A stretch of 55,795 nucleotides of DNA, counting the filler, from Dugesia japonica (lineage: Eukaryota): assembly GCA_001938525.1 (NCBI GenBank). It is 5 parts of 5 records of this genome, joined end to end, with 100 filler letters (N's around TTAATTAATTAA, not from the genome) between each part and the next. Parts side by side here need not be neighbours in the genome. Positions count along the whole stretch, not along the records: positions 9,301 to 19,251 come from MQRL01647711.1; positions 19,352 to 37,437 come from MQRL01636858.1; 3 more parts are not named here. One strand, 5' to 3'. Position numbers and translations under genes: made by a program. Positions 10,892-24,701 of this stretch are shown here, piece after piece (positions within the stretch are counted from its first letter, which is position 1; every line of letters starts with the position of its first letter). The notes beneath the pieces were generated by a model. It saw nothing but the letters and a program-made list of their open reading frames with translations. It was not told the DNA's origin and did not search any database.

Positions 10892-12059
10892 TGATACAAT
10901 AATACAATTTTTTCTAGTGAAAAGTTCAACTATTTTATTATAAATAAACAAAAATGACCTTAAAACTGAAAATAAATGATAAAATACAGTGTTATTTAAA
11001 AATATGAATTATTTTATTCAACAATATAAATTATTTAATTCTGGAACAAAAAATATTTTAATCGAAAATAAAAATCATTAAATCAGAAACAGAAATAATT
11101 AAAAATTATATCTATAAATTATATGCATCTATAAATCAGATAACTATTCCTTATAATCGAGACCGAAAGAAAAAAGAACTACACTAACTACAGATAAGTG
11201 CAGAAACATTCGGAAATATAAAGAAAAATTTTAAAATAGATTTCATCTTTACTTACTATATTGTATAGTCCAATCAACAATACCTGCCAAAATATTGGGG
11301 AAATCAGTACTTAAAAGCACGCAGACCACACACAACATATATTCACACATTAACATTCAATTTAAAATCCATTCAATCAATATTCGAATTCAAAACCAAA
11401 ACAAAGAGATTTAGTTAGTTAAAATCCACGATCATTAACCAATATTCATAAGCAGAAACAAAATTCAATTATTAAATACAATAAATATTTAAATTTGACT
11501 TTTATGATCAATGCTCAAAATCCAATAATTTGACTCTTATATATTAATTAAATATTTAATTCATTATTCTTTGACAATTTTCGTATACTGAATTTATTGA
11601 TTTGTTAATTCATATAATTAGTTTTGCTAATGTAAGTTTTATTGTCGGAAATTTTTATTATTCAAACTTTGTAAGTAGTTTAGTAAATTTTGTAAAATTA
11701 ACCTTACTTTTCATAAATAATTTTATTTTTCGAAAATTTCTGTAATTACTTATCAAAACCTGTCTCAACTTTAATAATTTGATATAAATATTTATGTTTT
11801 GAGTAAATATAAATACTTATATGAAATTCAGTTTTTATCCATTTTTTGAAGTCTTAAATAAAGTCTACTACTTTTATTTTTGCAAACTAAAGAAAAGATA
11901 ATAATGTGTAATATTTGAATAGTAATTTGTAATAATTAGATATGAATAAAAAATTTTAAAGTCAATTTTTTATAACCAATAAAGTACTATATTATGTATC
12001 TATATTTGATATTATTTTATTTATAATAATCGTATTAAGGTAACCTCTGTCACTTTGTA

Positions 12060-12900
12060 TATAAGTTAGATATTCATATAGTTAAATATTTCTGATTAAA
12101 CTCATACAATTGTTAACTTGCCTTTGTATTATTTTCAAAGACACATCAAGAAAAATATATTACAAGGCCTACCGAACGAAGAAATGGTAAATACTAAACA
12201 GGCAGAATAAAGAATGAGTTAAAAACATAACTTTCTTTAAATCGTGAAAATTTTTTAAAACATGGAGTTATGATGCAATTAGTAAGAGAAACTGGAATAA
12301 CTGAACCTTAACGTAAAATAAGCAAAGCATTAAATGAAATTTAAATGGACGGGAAAAATTAAAAAATACTAGGTGAAAGAAATATTGAGAGGTTGATTAA
12401 TTTGAGGTATCAATATGTAGTTAAATTGGTTTGTTTCACTTAAGCCATAAGTTTATAATGATGAAACCGGCTTAAATTTACATACATCAGTAAACTACAG
12501 ATATTCTTTAAAAAATGAAAAGACATGTAAGACGATTCCTGCAAGCAAAGGTTTTAATATTAGACTCATGGCTGAAATTTCTCGAAGAAGAGTTATTGCT
12601 TATGAGTTTTGAGAGATGCATAGTATAGATAGATTTATAACTTTTATCCAGGAGAAATTGATTTTTTATTTAAAAAACCATAATCGATCAATTCTGATTT
12701 GAGATAACTAAGGCTTTTATCATAAAGCTAATGCTATAAAAATAGTTAATGAAACATAAAGTGGATACAAGTTTCTATCGCTATACTCTCATAAACTCGA
12801 TTAGACAGAAGANTATTTCAGTGGACTTCAATTATGTTATATAAGACTTTGACTATCATCAAGAAATAAAGAAATCGCAATAAAAAAGAAATCATCTTGG
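12060..12900 (+). mobile_element. IS630/Tc1-like DDE transposase remnant
   Basis: DETGLNLHT...KGFNI...ILI*DN*GFYH...KFLSLYSHKL..TE.YFS resembles DETG / DNAxFH / FLPPYSPxLNPIE. Confidence 0.7.
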
Positions 12901-12989
12901 AACATTTAAAAATCTAATGAATTAATTAAAACGTTTAAACCGTCACAAACACTAAAAAACATGAAACAACACTAATATCAGTATCAAGA

Positions 12990-13150
12990 CGAGAAAAATC
13001 AAGAAATAAACTAATTATTGAATGTCATGTAGCAGGGATACCAGTAAAACTATGTTTGACACGGGAGCTGATTTGAATGTTATAAGCCAGAAATTAGCCG
13101 AGTTTATCTGTGTTGGGTTAAAACGAGATGACAATAAAAACAAATAATGA
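12990..13150 (+). mobile_element. Retroviral-type aspartic protease fragment
   Basis: MFDTGADLNVIS motif. Confidence 0.6.
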
Positions 13151-13551
13151 AATTGGACTCAATAAATAAATGGTAAATGAGTTAAAAGTTAAGAAATGAA
13201 ATATCGAAAGAAACAAGAAAAAGAAAGGAAGGAATCCAGAAATAATGTCGTGATTAAAATAAATAACTAAAGCTAATAAAATAATAAATTAGGAATGAAA
13301 CGGAAATTGGTTGAATAATAAGTTGCAGGAAATAACAGAAAAATAGATTGAAATAATAATATGGAGATGAATGTACAATAAAATATATCTTTTATTTATA
13401 AAATATGAATGCTATAAAAGTAATACTATAGTAAAATAATGATATTGAAACAACATCAAGATAATTAGTATTATTATAGTTACAGGAATAAATTATATTA
13501 TGAAAACTAAAACAAAAGTACAATTTTTATCATAATAAAATTGAAATTAAG

Positions 13552-13552
<1 letters not shown>

Positions 13553-13605
<53 letters not shown>

Positions 13606-13606
13606 N
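13553..13606. repeat. (TTA)n microsatellite running into a gap
   Basis: Directly visible. Confidence 0.97.
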
Positions 13607-15299
13607 NNNNNNNNNNNNNNNNNNNNNNNNNNNNNNNNNNNNNNNNNNNNNNNNNNNNNNNNNNNNNNNNNNNNNNNNNNNNNNNNNNNNNNNNNNNNNN
13701 NNNNNNNNNNNNNNNNNNNNNNNNNNNNNNNNNNNNNNNNNNNNNNNNNNNNNNNNNNNNNNNNNNNNNNNNNNNNNNNNNNNNNNNNNNNNNATAAAAT
13801 AATAAGATAAGTATTGTGTCATGTCCTTTAATTATGAATATTATCGATTATTTCTATTATTATTATTATTGCTATTATCGCTAGTATTATTGTCGTAAGA
13901 AATAAAATCTATTAAATAATATATTAATTTTATTTAATATTTAACAGTCCCGCAAACATGACCTTTAAAAAATAAAAAAAATCAAAAAATGAGTCAAATC
14001 AAATTTAAATTAAATTAACACACAAACACTGAAACAATTAGTTTGAAATTTTGCAAAAATAAATAGACACTATCTACAGTTTTAATTCAATTACGAAAGC
14101 TCAAACATGAACAACAATATTTGAACTTCCAGGATCCACATAAATCATCAAGTAACTACTTGAAGATTATGAGTGCTTATCCGAAGTCCTCCACCCATCC
14201 CTNCAAAGAGAAAAAGAAATGTAAATGAAATGAATATTAAGTGTGCAGCAACAAGAAATAGATAAAAGAACTTTGAATAAAATAAATATTAAATGTAGTG
14301 ACGATAAAGAGATAAACAAAATTTAACGTAAGTCATAAAATTGGCGGTGAGTATTAGATGCATGTAAAGACAATTACAAGAAAGATGAAAGAGCTCGAAG
14401 GTCAAATATAATTTAAAATACTTGCTGGTGATGGTCTGGAGCATTACAGAGAGGCGTAAGCATATTTTACTGCTATTTTTTTACTGTAAGTTATTACTTA
14501 TGTTTTATATGATGCCAATTATATTTTATTAATAACTCTGTTTTTTAATGAATTTTAAAAATTATATTCTATTAATGACGATTATTTTGTTAATATTAAT
14601 GAAATTTTATAATTACATTTTGCTAATAATGAGTTTAACTTCGTTTTCGTTAGTATTAATGAATTTGAATAATTCTTTTTTAACGATTGTTTTTTATAAT
14701 AATGCAAATTTAATGATATATTTTAATGATTATTTTTGTTTATGAAATTTTAATATTTATATTGGGTTAATAATGATTATAACTTTGTTTTGGTTTAACT
14801 TTGATAATCAATAATTTTAAGACAAAGGACTTGATAACGCGCTAAAAAGAGTTTAAAATATTTGGAATGATAAATTTTATGTTAATACAATTTCCTCAGT
14901 TAATTTTTAGAATAACGACGCTTACTAATGTTCTAAATTACAGTGGATAATGAAATATGATAGAACTATTCTATAGTAATAATAATACTAATACCTTGGT
15001 TAAGATCTAATGTTCGCAATACTAGATAATATTGATAATATTTTGTACATTGTTTTTGTGAAAAGGATAAAGATGCTACCACAATATTAATTAATCGAAT
15101 AAAATGAACCTACGTGATTTAAAATTAAGCCTAATAATGTTGAACGCATAGTGAAGGAAGAAGTGGAAGTCCTCAAGAACAATAAGGGATTAAGTTCTCA
15201 CAGCGGAATTCCAACTCCCGCTTCACTCATATAATAGTGATATGAAGTAATAACCAATATTGAAAATTGATAAGAGTCATAAACTAAACCTGGTTTAAT

Positions 15300-18200
15300 T
15301 ATATTTTGTTTTTATAAGATACATATATGTGATTTAGATGTCGAGAAAAATAGCTGTAACAGAGGCTGGAAATCACTCCACGGATAGACCTTTACAGCTG
15401 GAACATGTAATAACATGCCAACTCTGTATGATTTCTGGTCAGATTATGAGACAGATAAGGAACCTTGGTAGATGGCTGCGAACAGGCTCTGATTAAAAAA
15501 TTTAGAAATACAAGACAAAGATAATAAAATAGAAGCACTGAAGTCACAAATAATGAAATTACAAGGACAACTCCGTCAGAAAGAGGGGAGCAGCAAACAA
15601 CGCCGTCGCTGATTTGTTATATCATGTCTCTTGACATCTACAAAGTCCCCCAACAATCAATGAGCACGATTCAGTATATGAATTGCTACCCCTGCCTCAT
15701 AACCAAGCAGGTAAAAAGCTGAACCATCATATTGAGCAAACGATGCCAACCCTGGTAGGACAATTAGAGCCTTTAATGGAAGAGGAGATAGCAGTGTAAC
15801 ATATTATCAGTGAAAAATNTCAATAGCATTAATATATATTGCTCGGCAAATTTTATTAAATGACTTCTAAATGATCTATCAGATGATGAATTTTTAACAG
15901 ATATAAGTTAATGATAATAAAATGAGAAATGTACTTGAAAAATCCTGATAATGAAATAACAGAAAATGTCATACATACTTTCAAATTAAAATTATTCGAT
16001 AACTATTTAACATTATAGAGCATGAAAAAACATGTTTAATTATAAAAATTATTTAATCTACAGTATGTTTATGTTCACTACAAAGCCGAGTGGCGTAGAA
16101 AGTGTGAGCCAACGCCAAGAGCTCCACTCATTGCAACTAATTGGATGATGTCCGAAATTAAATTCGGGTCACGAAGCAACAATAATAAAAAATGTAAAAA
16201 CACTCTGGAAGAAATATTCAATCAAAGACAAAGCGAGCGACAATGGCACCATAACGGAGGAAACTATTTTCGGATCGCCATAACGACAATTGTTGTAAAT
16301 ATATGTGTATTTCCAATCAGTTTCATTTATGTCAAACCTTGAAATACTGAGTACACTCTGAGCTGATAGATTATAGACTTTCTGAAAGACGAGATAAAGC
16401 AAGGTCTCGACGAACTCGGGAATGAGGGATCATGATGCGGGAGGAGGCATCTTACAAATTTCTGTGGTTATGTGGTATCATCCCCCAGACAAAGACGTTC
16501 AGCAACAAGAGAAGATTTAATAACATTCATTTAGTAATATGCCAAATTTATTTCCACATCTATGTATTAAATTAAGAAGCATGAAAAAATACGAAATAAT
16601 GGTGGATGTAGCTAATGATGGAATAATAATACAAAATTTTATCATTCCATTTTATTCAAAAACAGTTGTACCTGAGTCAATAAAACACTAACGCCGACCG
16701 TGTTAATGAGTTGTTATACGGGACTCGGAAAAACAGAGACTCGTAAAAGTTTTAATGATAATCAATGTTATAGAATTTTGTTATCTAAAAACGTAAATGC
16801 AAGTGGAATTGGTAAATATTTTATGAAAGGTATGATAATGGACAACACAAATCAGAAAATTACATATGACACGAGTAAAAATGGATTTTTATAGAAAATG
16901 GCCATGCAGAAACGTTTAGTAAAAGATGAAATTGCACTCAATAATAATAGATGCATGTGGATAAGAGTATATATGTTAGAAGGAGAATGTAAATCTATTC
17001 ACGCCGGAACAACACTAGGATGTGTGGAAGAGTTAAACCTAAAAGAAGTGTTTGAAAAGTATCACTTAGACAATTATCCACTGAGAAACAAAGAACAGAA
17101 GAAAAAATTACAGGCCATATACTGAAGAAAATTAAGAATGACATGGAAGTTGCAAACAATTACTGCGATGTGGTCAAGGCATTAGCAATTCTTGAAAAGA
17201 GTAAAGATGTATTTAGTTGATATAAGATGGATGTGGACAAAACTGATATGATTGAACATAAAATAGAAACAACCGATAGCAGACCAATTGCTTTCATACG
17301 TTGAAGAATACCAAAAGGACTCGGAGAAGAAGTAAAACATATCGTAAAAGGTTTGGTTGATGCTGCTGTTATAAAGATAAGTACTTCTCCATGAAACTCT
17401 TCAATTGTAGTGGTGAATAAGAAAAANNNNNNNNNNNNNNNNNNNNNNNNNNNNNNNNNNNNNNNNNNNNNNNNNNNNNNNNNNNNNNNNNNNNNNNNNN
17501 NNNNNNNNNNNNNNNNNNNNNNNNNNNNNNNNNNNNNNNNNNNNNNNNNNNNNNNNNNNNNNNNNNNNNNNNNNNNNNNNNNNNNNNNNNNNNNNNNNNN
17601 NNNNNNNNNNNNNNNNNNNNCAAAGTTTAGACAATATGAATTGACCAGAATGCCGTTTGAATTATGCTACGCACCAGCCAAATTTCAGCGGCTTATGAAT
17701 ATTGTATTTTAGAATAAAAATTTGAAAAGGTGCATAATATATTTGGACGATGTTTTAATATTCGGTAAAACTTTAGAAGAGCACAATGAAAGACTAGATT
17801 CAATATTAAAAGAACTTAGAGAAGATAGACTAAAATTAGCACCAAATAAATGTAAATTTAATAGAAAAAAATACAGTATCTTGGACATATAATAACTAAA
17901 AATAGAATTGTAACAGATCCTGATAAGATAATAGCAATTCAAAAATGTGAGATTCCTCAATGTTGAAAAGAACTTCAAATAGTTTTAGGGTTATCAGAAT
18001 CTCTCAGTTCAATGCATACGAAAGAAAACAAATTTAAGTGTACAGATGAAAATAAAGAATATTTTTACAAGATACGTAAAAAGTTGACAGAACCACCAGT
18101 ACTAGCTTTGCCAACAAAGGATGGAAAATATATCTTAGATACAGATACTTCTCACAACACAATTTACGCTGTACTTTCTCAAGTACAAAATGGAGAGGAA

Positions 18201-18720
18201 CGAGTATTTTACTATGCATCGAAGATACTAATAAAAAGTCAGAGACAGTACTGCGTCACAAGAAAAGATCAATAAAAGAAGAATTAAAGCACTNNTACAG
18301 AATATATCTGAAAAAGAACGATTTCAAAGTATTGCAATTGATATTAGAGGACCATTTAAATCAACGTAATATGGTTATAAATATATTCTTGGAGTTGTGG
18401 ATTATTTTTCAAAGTTTATTTGTTTAATTCCATTGCAAACAATAATAACAATAACAACTAAAGATATATGTGAAGCTCTTTAGATAGATTAGATATCCAA
18501 GTTTGGAATATCTAATCGAATTCACTCGAATTGTAGTAGTAATTTTAGTTCAAGTACATTTCAAAAGTATTGTAAGCTATTTGGAATCGTGAGAACAACA
18601 ACACACAAAACGACTAAGTACTCTTCGTATAAAATAGTATTTGAGCGGAAACCTAGAATCGATATGTGGAATGCTGAATGGTGGGAAACGAAATTCACAA
18701 AGAATTTTGATAAATATGTA
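15300..18720 (+). mobile_element. Decayed Ty3/Gypsy element of a second family (gag, RT, RNase H, integrase)
   Basis: Motifs IEHKIET, RMPFELCYAPAKFQRLM, YLDDV, PPVLALP, LDTDTS, YCVTRK, IAIDIRGP, VDYFSKF and RIHS. The left boundary is approximate. Confidence 0.85.
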
Positions 18721-19251
18721 TGTGAGTATGTTTTAAAAAGCGACTTGAAATTTTTGTGCTTTGGTTCGAAATAATATATTTAAAATACTTTTTTAAAAAA
18801 ATTGAAAGTAACAAATTAATTAAGAAATTAAAGTAAATTAAATTAAATTTTTTGTACAAAAATGATGAATAGTTAAAGATTAATTTAAAAATTTTTATTC
18901 ACAATTTATTGTAGATGTTTTAGAAATTACAATTTTGTTTTAAAATCTCGAAAGAATTTTAAATAATGTTTTAATAACGAATAATTGTTTGTTTTAAAAT
19001 TTTAAAAAGATTTTAAAGGATATTTAAATTACAAATGATCATTTTATTTTAAAATTTTGTGAAAACTTTAAAGGATATGTTAATAACAAATGATTACTTG
19101 TTTTAAAATTTTGGAGAATTTTAAATGAAATTTTGATTAAAAAAAATAATTTTTATATTAAAATCTTTAAAATTTTTTTAAAATGAAAGTTTAATCTAAA
19201 ATTTTAAATTTATTAAAAATAATTTCCAATTAGAGCACGGGGTTTTAATTT
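18721..19251 (+). mobile_element. LTR of the 6850-type family, truncated by a gap
   Basis: Begins TGTGAG and is colinear with 6850-7285. Confidence 0.7.
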
Positions 19252-19351
19252 NNNNNNNNNNNNNNNNNNNNNNNNNNNNNNNNNNNNNNNNNNNNTTAAT
19301 TAATTAANNNNNNNNNNNNNNNNNNNNNNNNNNNNNNNNNNNNNNNNNNNN

Positions 19352-20258
19352 CATTATTCATTTGGATGAAAATATTTTCTCACTAATACATCTTGTTGAA
19401 GACTGCAGGCATGATTCCATTATGCATCAATTCATAAAGAGTCCAACTGATTGTGCTTTCGAAATTCTACCTTTTTGTGATTTTCCGACGATCGCTGGGC
19501 TTCATAGTCTGAATGAAATCTCCAAATACCAACGAGACCGTTCAAATTCTGTTCAGAGTTCGGTTTCGTAGCAGCAGTTAGTATCATTATTTTAGGGATA
19601 TTGGCCTGGCTTAATACAGGAATTTTCTTTCTGGGACTTTTGTCATGATATATTTTCGGAGTGAATCACCGTAGCATGAACCATTTTTCATCAATGTTCA
19701 CACACATGTCCCATGTGTTACAGCGGTGTTGTCGGCACCACTTCAACCTTTTATCCTTCTGATTTTCTGTTATGAGAGGGCGCATTTTCCCAGAGACAGG
19801 TCTTAATTGTTCATCTACAACAATTCTTTGCACGCTGATCTTTGGTATTTCAGTAGCTTTTGAAACTTTGGAAATGCTACTATTGCGGCGCTTATGAATG
19901 GTATTCGACACTGCTGCCCGTGTCTCTTCATAATTTCCAATATAAGGTCTTCCAGAACCCTGCTTCCTATCAAATGTGCCATGTTCAAAAAATTTGTCCC
20001 GTAATTTTCTGGCATAATTTTTATTAACTTCGAAAGTTTACATAATTCTTTGACAAAACCGTATTCGGATTCCATTTTTCCATTTTGACCATTATTACAT
20101 CTTTCATAATGTAATAGAAGCAACAGTTTTTGGTCTTCCGAAAAATTTAAACAAAAGATTTAAACAAAATAGTTAATTAAAACAAATGCCAATCAGAAAG
20201 AAAACAGTTTATCTAAATTAAAATTAAATTTATTAAATCCACTTTTTATGGGATGGAG
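19352..20258 (-). mobile_element. Tc1/mariner transposase remnant of the IDEKWF (DD39D/plant-mariner-like) type
   Basis: RPLITENQKDKRLKWC...VNIDEKWF; 5' end TA|CTCCATCCCATAAAAA at 20258. Confidence 0.8.
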
Positions 20259-20429
20259 TAAGTATGATTTCTTTAGTTTAAATTAAAAAAAGACGCGTAA
20301 AATTTAATGTTCATACAATGAAGCGTCAGTATTTATTATTATTGACTTTTTACTTTTGTGCGAGCTTTCTTTATGAGTCACTGAGTGAATATTTAGTTTA
20401 CCTTAAATATATTAATTTAAATATCAGTG

Positions 20430-20680
20430 TTCTCGATTGAATCAGTGAGAAAATTGGGTGTTTATATTATAAATGTTTTTCGTATAAGTGCGATGATCAT
20501 TAACAATTTCTCCTTGGTAAAGCGATTCGTTGATAAACCTTTTAAGGTTTTCATGATTTCTGTAACGTAGACTTTGCCATGAGCGAAAACTGGTTCAAGC
20601 AAATACATGCCAACTTTATCAAATTATTGACCTTGGGTCTTATTGATGGTNATAGAGAATGCCAAGATTAACGCAAAATT
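20430..20680 (-). mobile_element. Helitron Pif1-helicase C-terminal remnant
   Basis: LAFSITINKTQGQ*FDKVGMYLLEPVFAHGKVYV matches the Pif1 TINKSQGQ...FSHGQLYVA motifs. Confidence 0.85.
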
Positions 20681-20704
20681 TTAAGCATATAAATTAAGAT
20701 TTTA

Positions 20705-21125
20705 TAAGATTTTTAAGCTTAAAATATTTTGTTTAACTGAAGCGTTCCAGAGTAAGTGAGCCAGTGAGTGAATCGGGTAATTATATATTGTAAGCTTATT
20801 TTTGTAGCAATAAATTATAAATAAATTTTATAATTTACTAACAAAAAGTAATATCGCTCCATATTAGTTTAAACAATTTTTAATGATCAATAAGTCCAAA
20901 AAATAAATTTCTTTTCGTTGCCCTGTAATAAAATAAAGCATCCACTTCTATTTTCGTTATTTTAATTACATGATTTTTGTTAATTTGAATTTAATATACT
21001 TATTGCTGATTAGTACATTATCTTTATTATAATGTAATTTAATATAGTTACCCAATTCACTGATTGACTCACTTTGGAACGCAGTTCAGTTAAACAAATT
21101 ATTTTAAGCCTATAAATTTTAAGCT
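20705..21125. mobile_element. MITE-like element with ~80-bp imperfect inverted repeats
   Basis: TTTGTTTAACTGAAGCGTTCCA...GGGTAATTATAT versus ATATAGTTACCC...TGGAACGCAGTTCAGTTAAACAAA. Confidence 0.7.
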
Positions 21126-21689
21126 TATCAATTCTGATAGAATATGATGAATAAATCAGAACCTGGTATATTTTTTTAATAATGCTCACTAAACTTGTTA
21201 AAATTTGAATTGATTCGGTTAATGGTACATGTCTTGTAAGGCCATTTAGGGATTAAACTTACGTGATTCGTACAAACTCTCAAAACTTATATGTATTTAA
21301 TATGAATTAATTTGCAGNNNNNNNNNNNNNNNNNNNNNNNNNNNNNNNNNNNNNNNNNNNNNNNNNNGGTACATGTTTTCTATTTATTCTTTTGAAAAAG
21401 TCAACTTTTTAAAAACAAATATTTATCAGTACTGTAATCCCAGTAATTACATTAGTTGCAGTTCCGTGGATTACGGTACAAAAAACGTACGGGACTTTCG
21501 GGATCTCCGAATTAGAAGCACTACTGAAAAATACAACGAATGAAAAAAATTTTCTTTTCTGCGAAGTATCACATTATTGAATTTGTATTTGAAAAAATAA
21601 AATTACGAATATGTACAAGTTTGTATTGTCGAAGATTTTCTATTTTCTCTTGAAATTTAATTTAAAATTATTTGAATTATTTTATTTAG

Positions 21690-21986
21690 ATAAATGGTTG
21701 CCGAAATATTACTTTGTTCCCGAAGAATTTTTAGAAGAAGAATGGCAAGCTCCCGGATCAGTCCACCGACTAAGTAGTTTATCGAATAATGATCCTTTTC
21801 ATTTAATGGGCCAATCTCTTTACCTTATTTCACAGCTTTTAGGTTCGCTATGAATGTTTTTAAGATTTATTGAGAATTTATTTAGTGTCTCGATGCTTAT
21901 TGAATCATGATATTGATCCTCTTACACGTCATATGGCTGCTGATGAAAGACCATCTTTAATTTTTGGGCGTCACTCGTCATTAATG
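21690..21986 (+). CDS. PHKB: Phosphorylase b kinase regulatory subunit beta, two internal exons (21690-21842 and 21886-21986)
   Basis: DKWLPKYYFVPEEFLEEE..APGS...LMGQSLYLISQLL|VSRCLLNHDIDPLTRH resembles PHKB VPKYYYVPADFVE...PGS...WGQALYIIAKLL...DIDP; 43-nt GT-AG intron; phases are consistent. Confidence 0.88.
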
Positions 21987-22069
21987 GTAATTATTAAAAT
22001 TATATATATCAAAGAAAAATTGCAATTTTTTAATAAAAACTTTGAAACCCCATTAAATATAAATTTTTG

Positions 22070-23170
22070 TATAACTTATTTCGACAGAATAACTGTCATC
22101 TTCGGATGCAATAATTTATTCTTTGTTGAAAATTCTTTATTGAAACAATATTTATTCCTTTTTTAATTTCTTTTTAAAAATTGATTATATAAAATAAATT
22201 CAGATTATGTAAGCAATTATGCAATCTCTCCAATAAATCAAATTAATTAAAAACATTCAATAAAGATTTAGAAAGACCAGGTTGAATATTAATTTTTGGA
22301 TCAATTGATCTAATCATCAATGCTTCACACATGACTATCCAAATAATCTTTGAAGTTTTTGCACAAAATTTTAAAATTATTTATACTGATAACTGATTTA
22401 AATTTATATTATGATCAGCAATATTACTTCCACTATCAACTCGACGATGTTCTTGAATTCTTGTACAGAGATGACTGAAGTTTCTCCAATGTATGTGGCA
22501 TTATACCCATTGGTAGTGTAAGTAATATTGCTGAACATAATNTATAAATTGTTAAGCTTTATTGTTAATTAATAGTGCGTATTAAACAAAATTGATAACA
22601 TAAATAAGAAGTGCTTTATGCTTTTTATTTCTAAGAAATTTTGTTCTCCTAAAACTAATCTTTATTAATGATTGTTTACTTGCTTGGCTTACTACAATCA
22701 CTTATCATTTTAACGCATCTAGTTTTTGACTGGAAACATATTGAATGTAATGATTAATTTTTTATATTTAATATATTTTTGTAAATGTTGATATTGAGAT
22801 TCTGTTGTAACCAAAAGTATCTCAACTAAAAAAGGTAAATTGGTTTTTGTAAGTGTAGGTTTTACGATAATCCGACATTTCGTTTCGAATTTTGACTTTA
22901 ACCATTGGCACTATTTCATAATAATTTCCACCTATCAACTTTTTGTAAAATATATTTTAAACGCGACTTAGAAAGAACACATTGTTACTTCTTTAAAAAG
23001 CATAGTCACAAAAATATTATAAAATAAATCATTGTTTTTTTCAAAATCAAGAGATAATGTCATGTTTTTTTCGAATTTATTAGTTGCATTCTTGATAATA
23101 ATTTTTATTCTAAAATTAATAGCAATAATAATGATAATAATAATTTTAGTTCCTCGTGATGGACAACATT
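22070..23170 (-). mobile_element. Penelope-like element 3' remnant (GIY-YIG endonuclease and pseudo-LTR with a degenerate hammerhead)
   Basis: ATYIGETS/HLCTRIQEHRR and EALMIRSIDPKINIQ; downstream CCGAAGA-T-GACAG-ttatt-CTGTC-GAAA at ~22105-22079. Confidence 0.82.
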
Positions 23171-23774
23171 AATCAAAATATCTGCTTTTTATTTGAAAGA
23201 AATTTTTTTTTTTGAGAAAATATATTCGTTAAAGTTATTTAAATTTAAAAATTGGATTTTAGAAAATTAAGCTTTTAATTTTAAAACACTGAAAGTATTT
23301 TAAATAATATATATCAAAAAATATAGAAAATTATAGTTTGAAACATCAGATTTCAATTAATGGATTTAAAATAATTCCTGCAATAAACACAAATATATAT
23401 TCATTTCCAACAATTATAGTACTGGTAAAAAATATAAGGACAGTCAGATTTTTTGAAATGATGAATCAAAAATTTTAATTCATTAGGACTTTTTTAACCT
23501 ATAAAGATCTATAATATTTAGCAATAAATTGTGCTCAATAATTTACATGTTTAAAAATATTGGTACAAAATAATTTTATTTCTATTATATAATAGCAGCA
23601 TGTCGTAAAAACTGTGATATAAATTTTAAAGACACATTAAGATTCAAAATATTTATTTAGTTTTACTCTATTTTAAAATACTAAAGTTATAATATATGTT
23701 AAAAACAAAATAATTTACAAAAAATATAAGATACATACTAAAAATAACAATTTTATATTTTTAGAATTTACAAA

Positions 23775-24110
23775 TATTTTATAAGGTTCTCTTCTTTAAT
23801 GACGGCTTTTATTCTTTTAGTTATCGGTTCAATATGCTTTACATTCATTGACTTATCTATTTTGTTATTCAAATTTTCAAGACATTAAATATCTATTCAT
23901 GTTTGTTTTTGGTCTTTTTTTTTGAAACATTTGACTTCATTTTTTGCTAGAGGTTTTTGATGGTATTCGGATCAAGGCCGTTACCAATTAAATCCAAGAG
24001 CTCTATACCCTGATTTTCAATCCATTGTTGAAATTTTCTTGAAGTATGGCAAGATGTACTATTTTGTTCGTTTATGACATTTGTTCGAAGGTCATCAATA
24101 TGTAGTAAAA
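23775..24110 (-). mobile_element. Tc1-like transposase C-terminal remnant
   Basis: QNSTSCHTSRKFQQWIENQGIELLDLIGNGLDPNTIKNL...KRIKAVIKE resembles DNAPCH...WPGNSPDLNPIENLW...RIKAVI. Confidence 0.75.
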
Positions 24111-24189
24111 GTCCTTTCCCCAAGATTTCAATATGAGGTCAGTAAATTTAGTAGCGCACTGAACAACCCAACTAGTGCTGAAATTTGTA

Positions 24190-24420
24190 TATAAATATGT
24201 ATGCGCTCGAATTCAAAATTTCGTATTGACTTTCCCGTGCGATACTTATTGTAGAGGTATCGCTGTGGTAACGTTTAATGCGTAATGACGCGACGGATCT
24301 CATGGTGGAATCCCTGAGTCAATGGCGTGATGGTGAAGATTTATTAAGGAACACGTATAAGTCCTGCCAATTGATTGTGCATAGAAGCATCCAAAAACCT
24401 CAATTTTAATGTATGCTTTA
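24190..24420 (+). pseudogene. Third copy of the orphan gene family at 8.1-8.5 kb
   Basis: LSRAILIVEVSLW*RLMRNDATDLMVESLSQ aligns with the minus-strand frames near 8.1 and 8.4 kb. Confidence 0.55.
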
Positions 24421-24701
24421 CAGTTTTCGTGAAGTTTGGTGAATAAGGGTTTTGTAAGGAAAACTTTGTAACATACTTCTTTTAGCTGCCAAGTTAAAGT
24501 GTGATCATTTACTCATCTGGAAATATTACAAAGACATATCAAGCAAAAATAAATAAATAAACAAAATTTTTTATATTATATAATTTTTAATTTTTATAAT
24601 TATTACCAGAATAAATTAAAAAGAATTTAATGAAATCAATATTTGATTACTCTATCAATCATGTCAAATTTCTTTAAAAAGATCTTAGCTTTGTTTATAA
24701 C

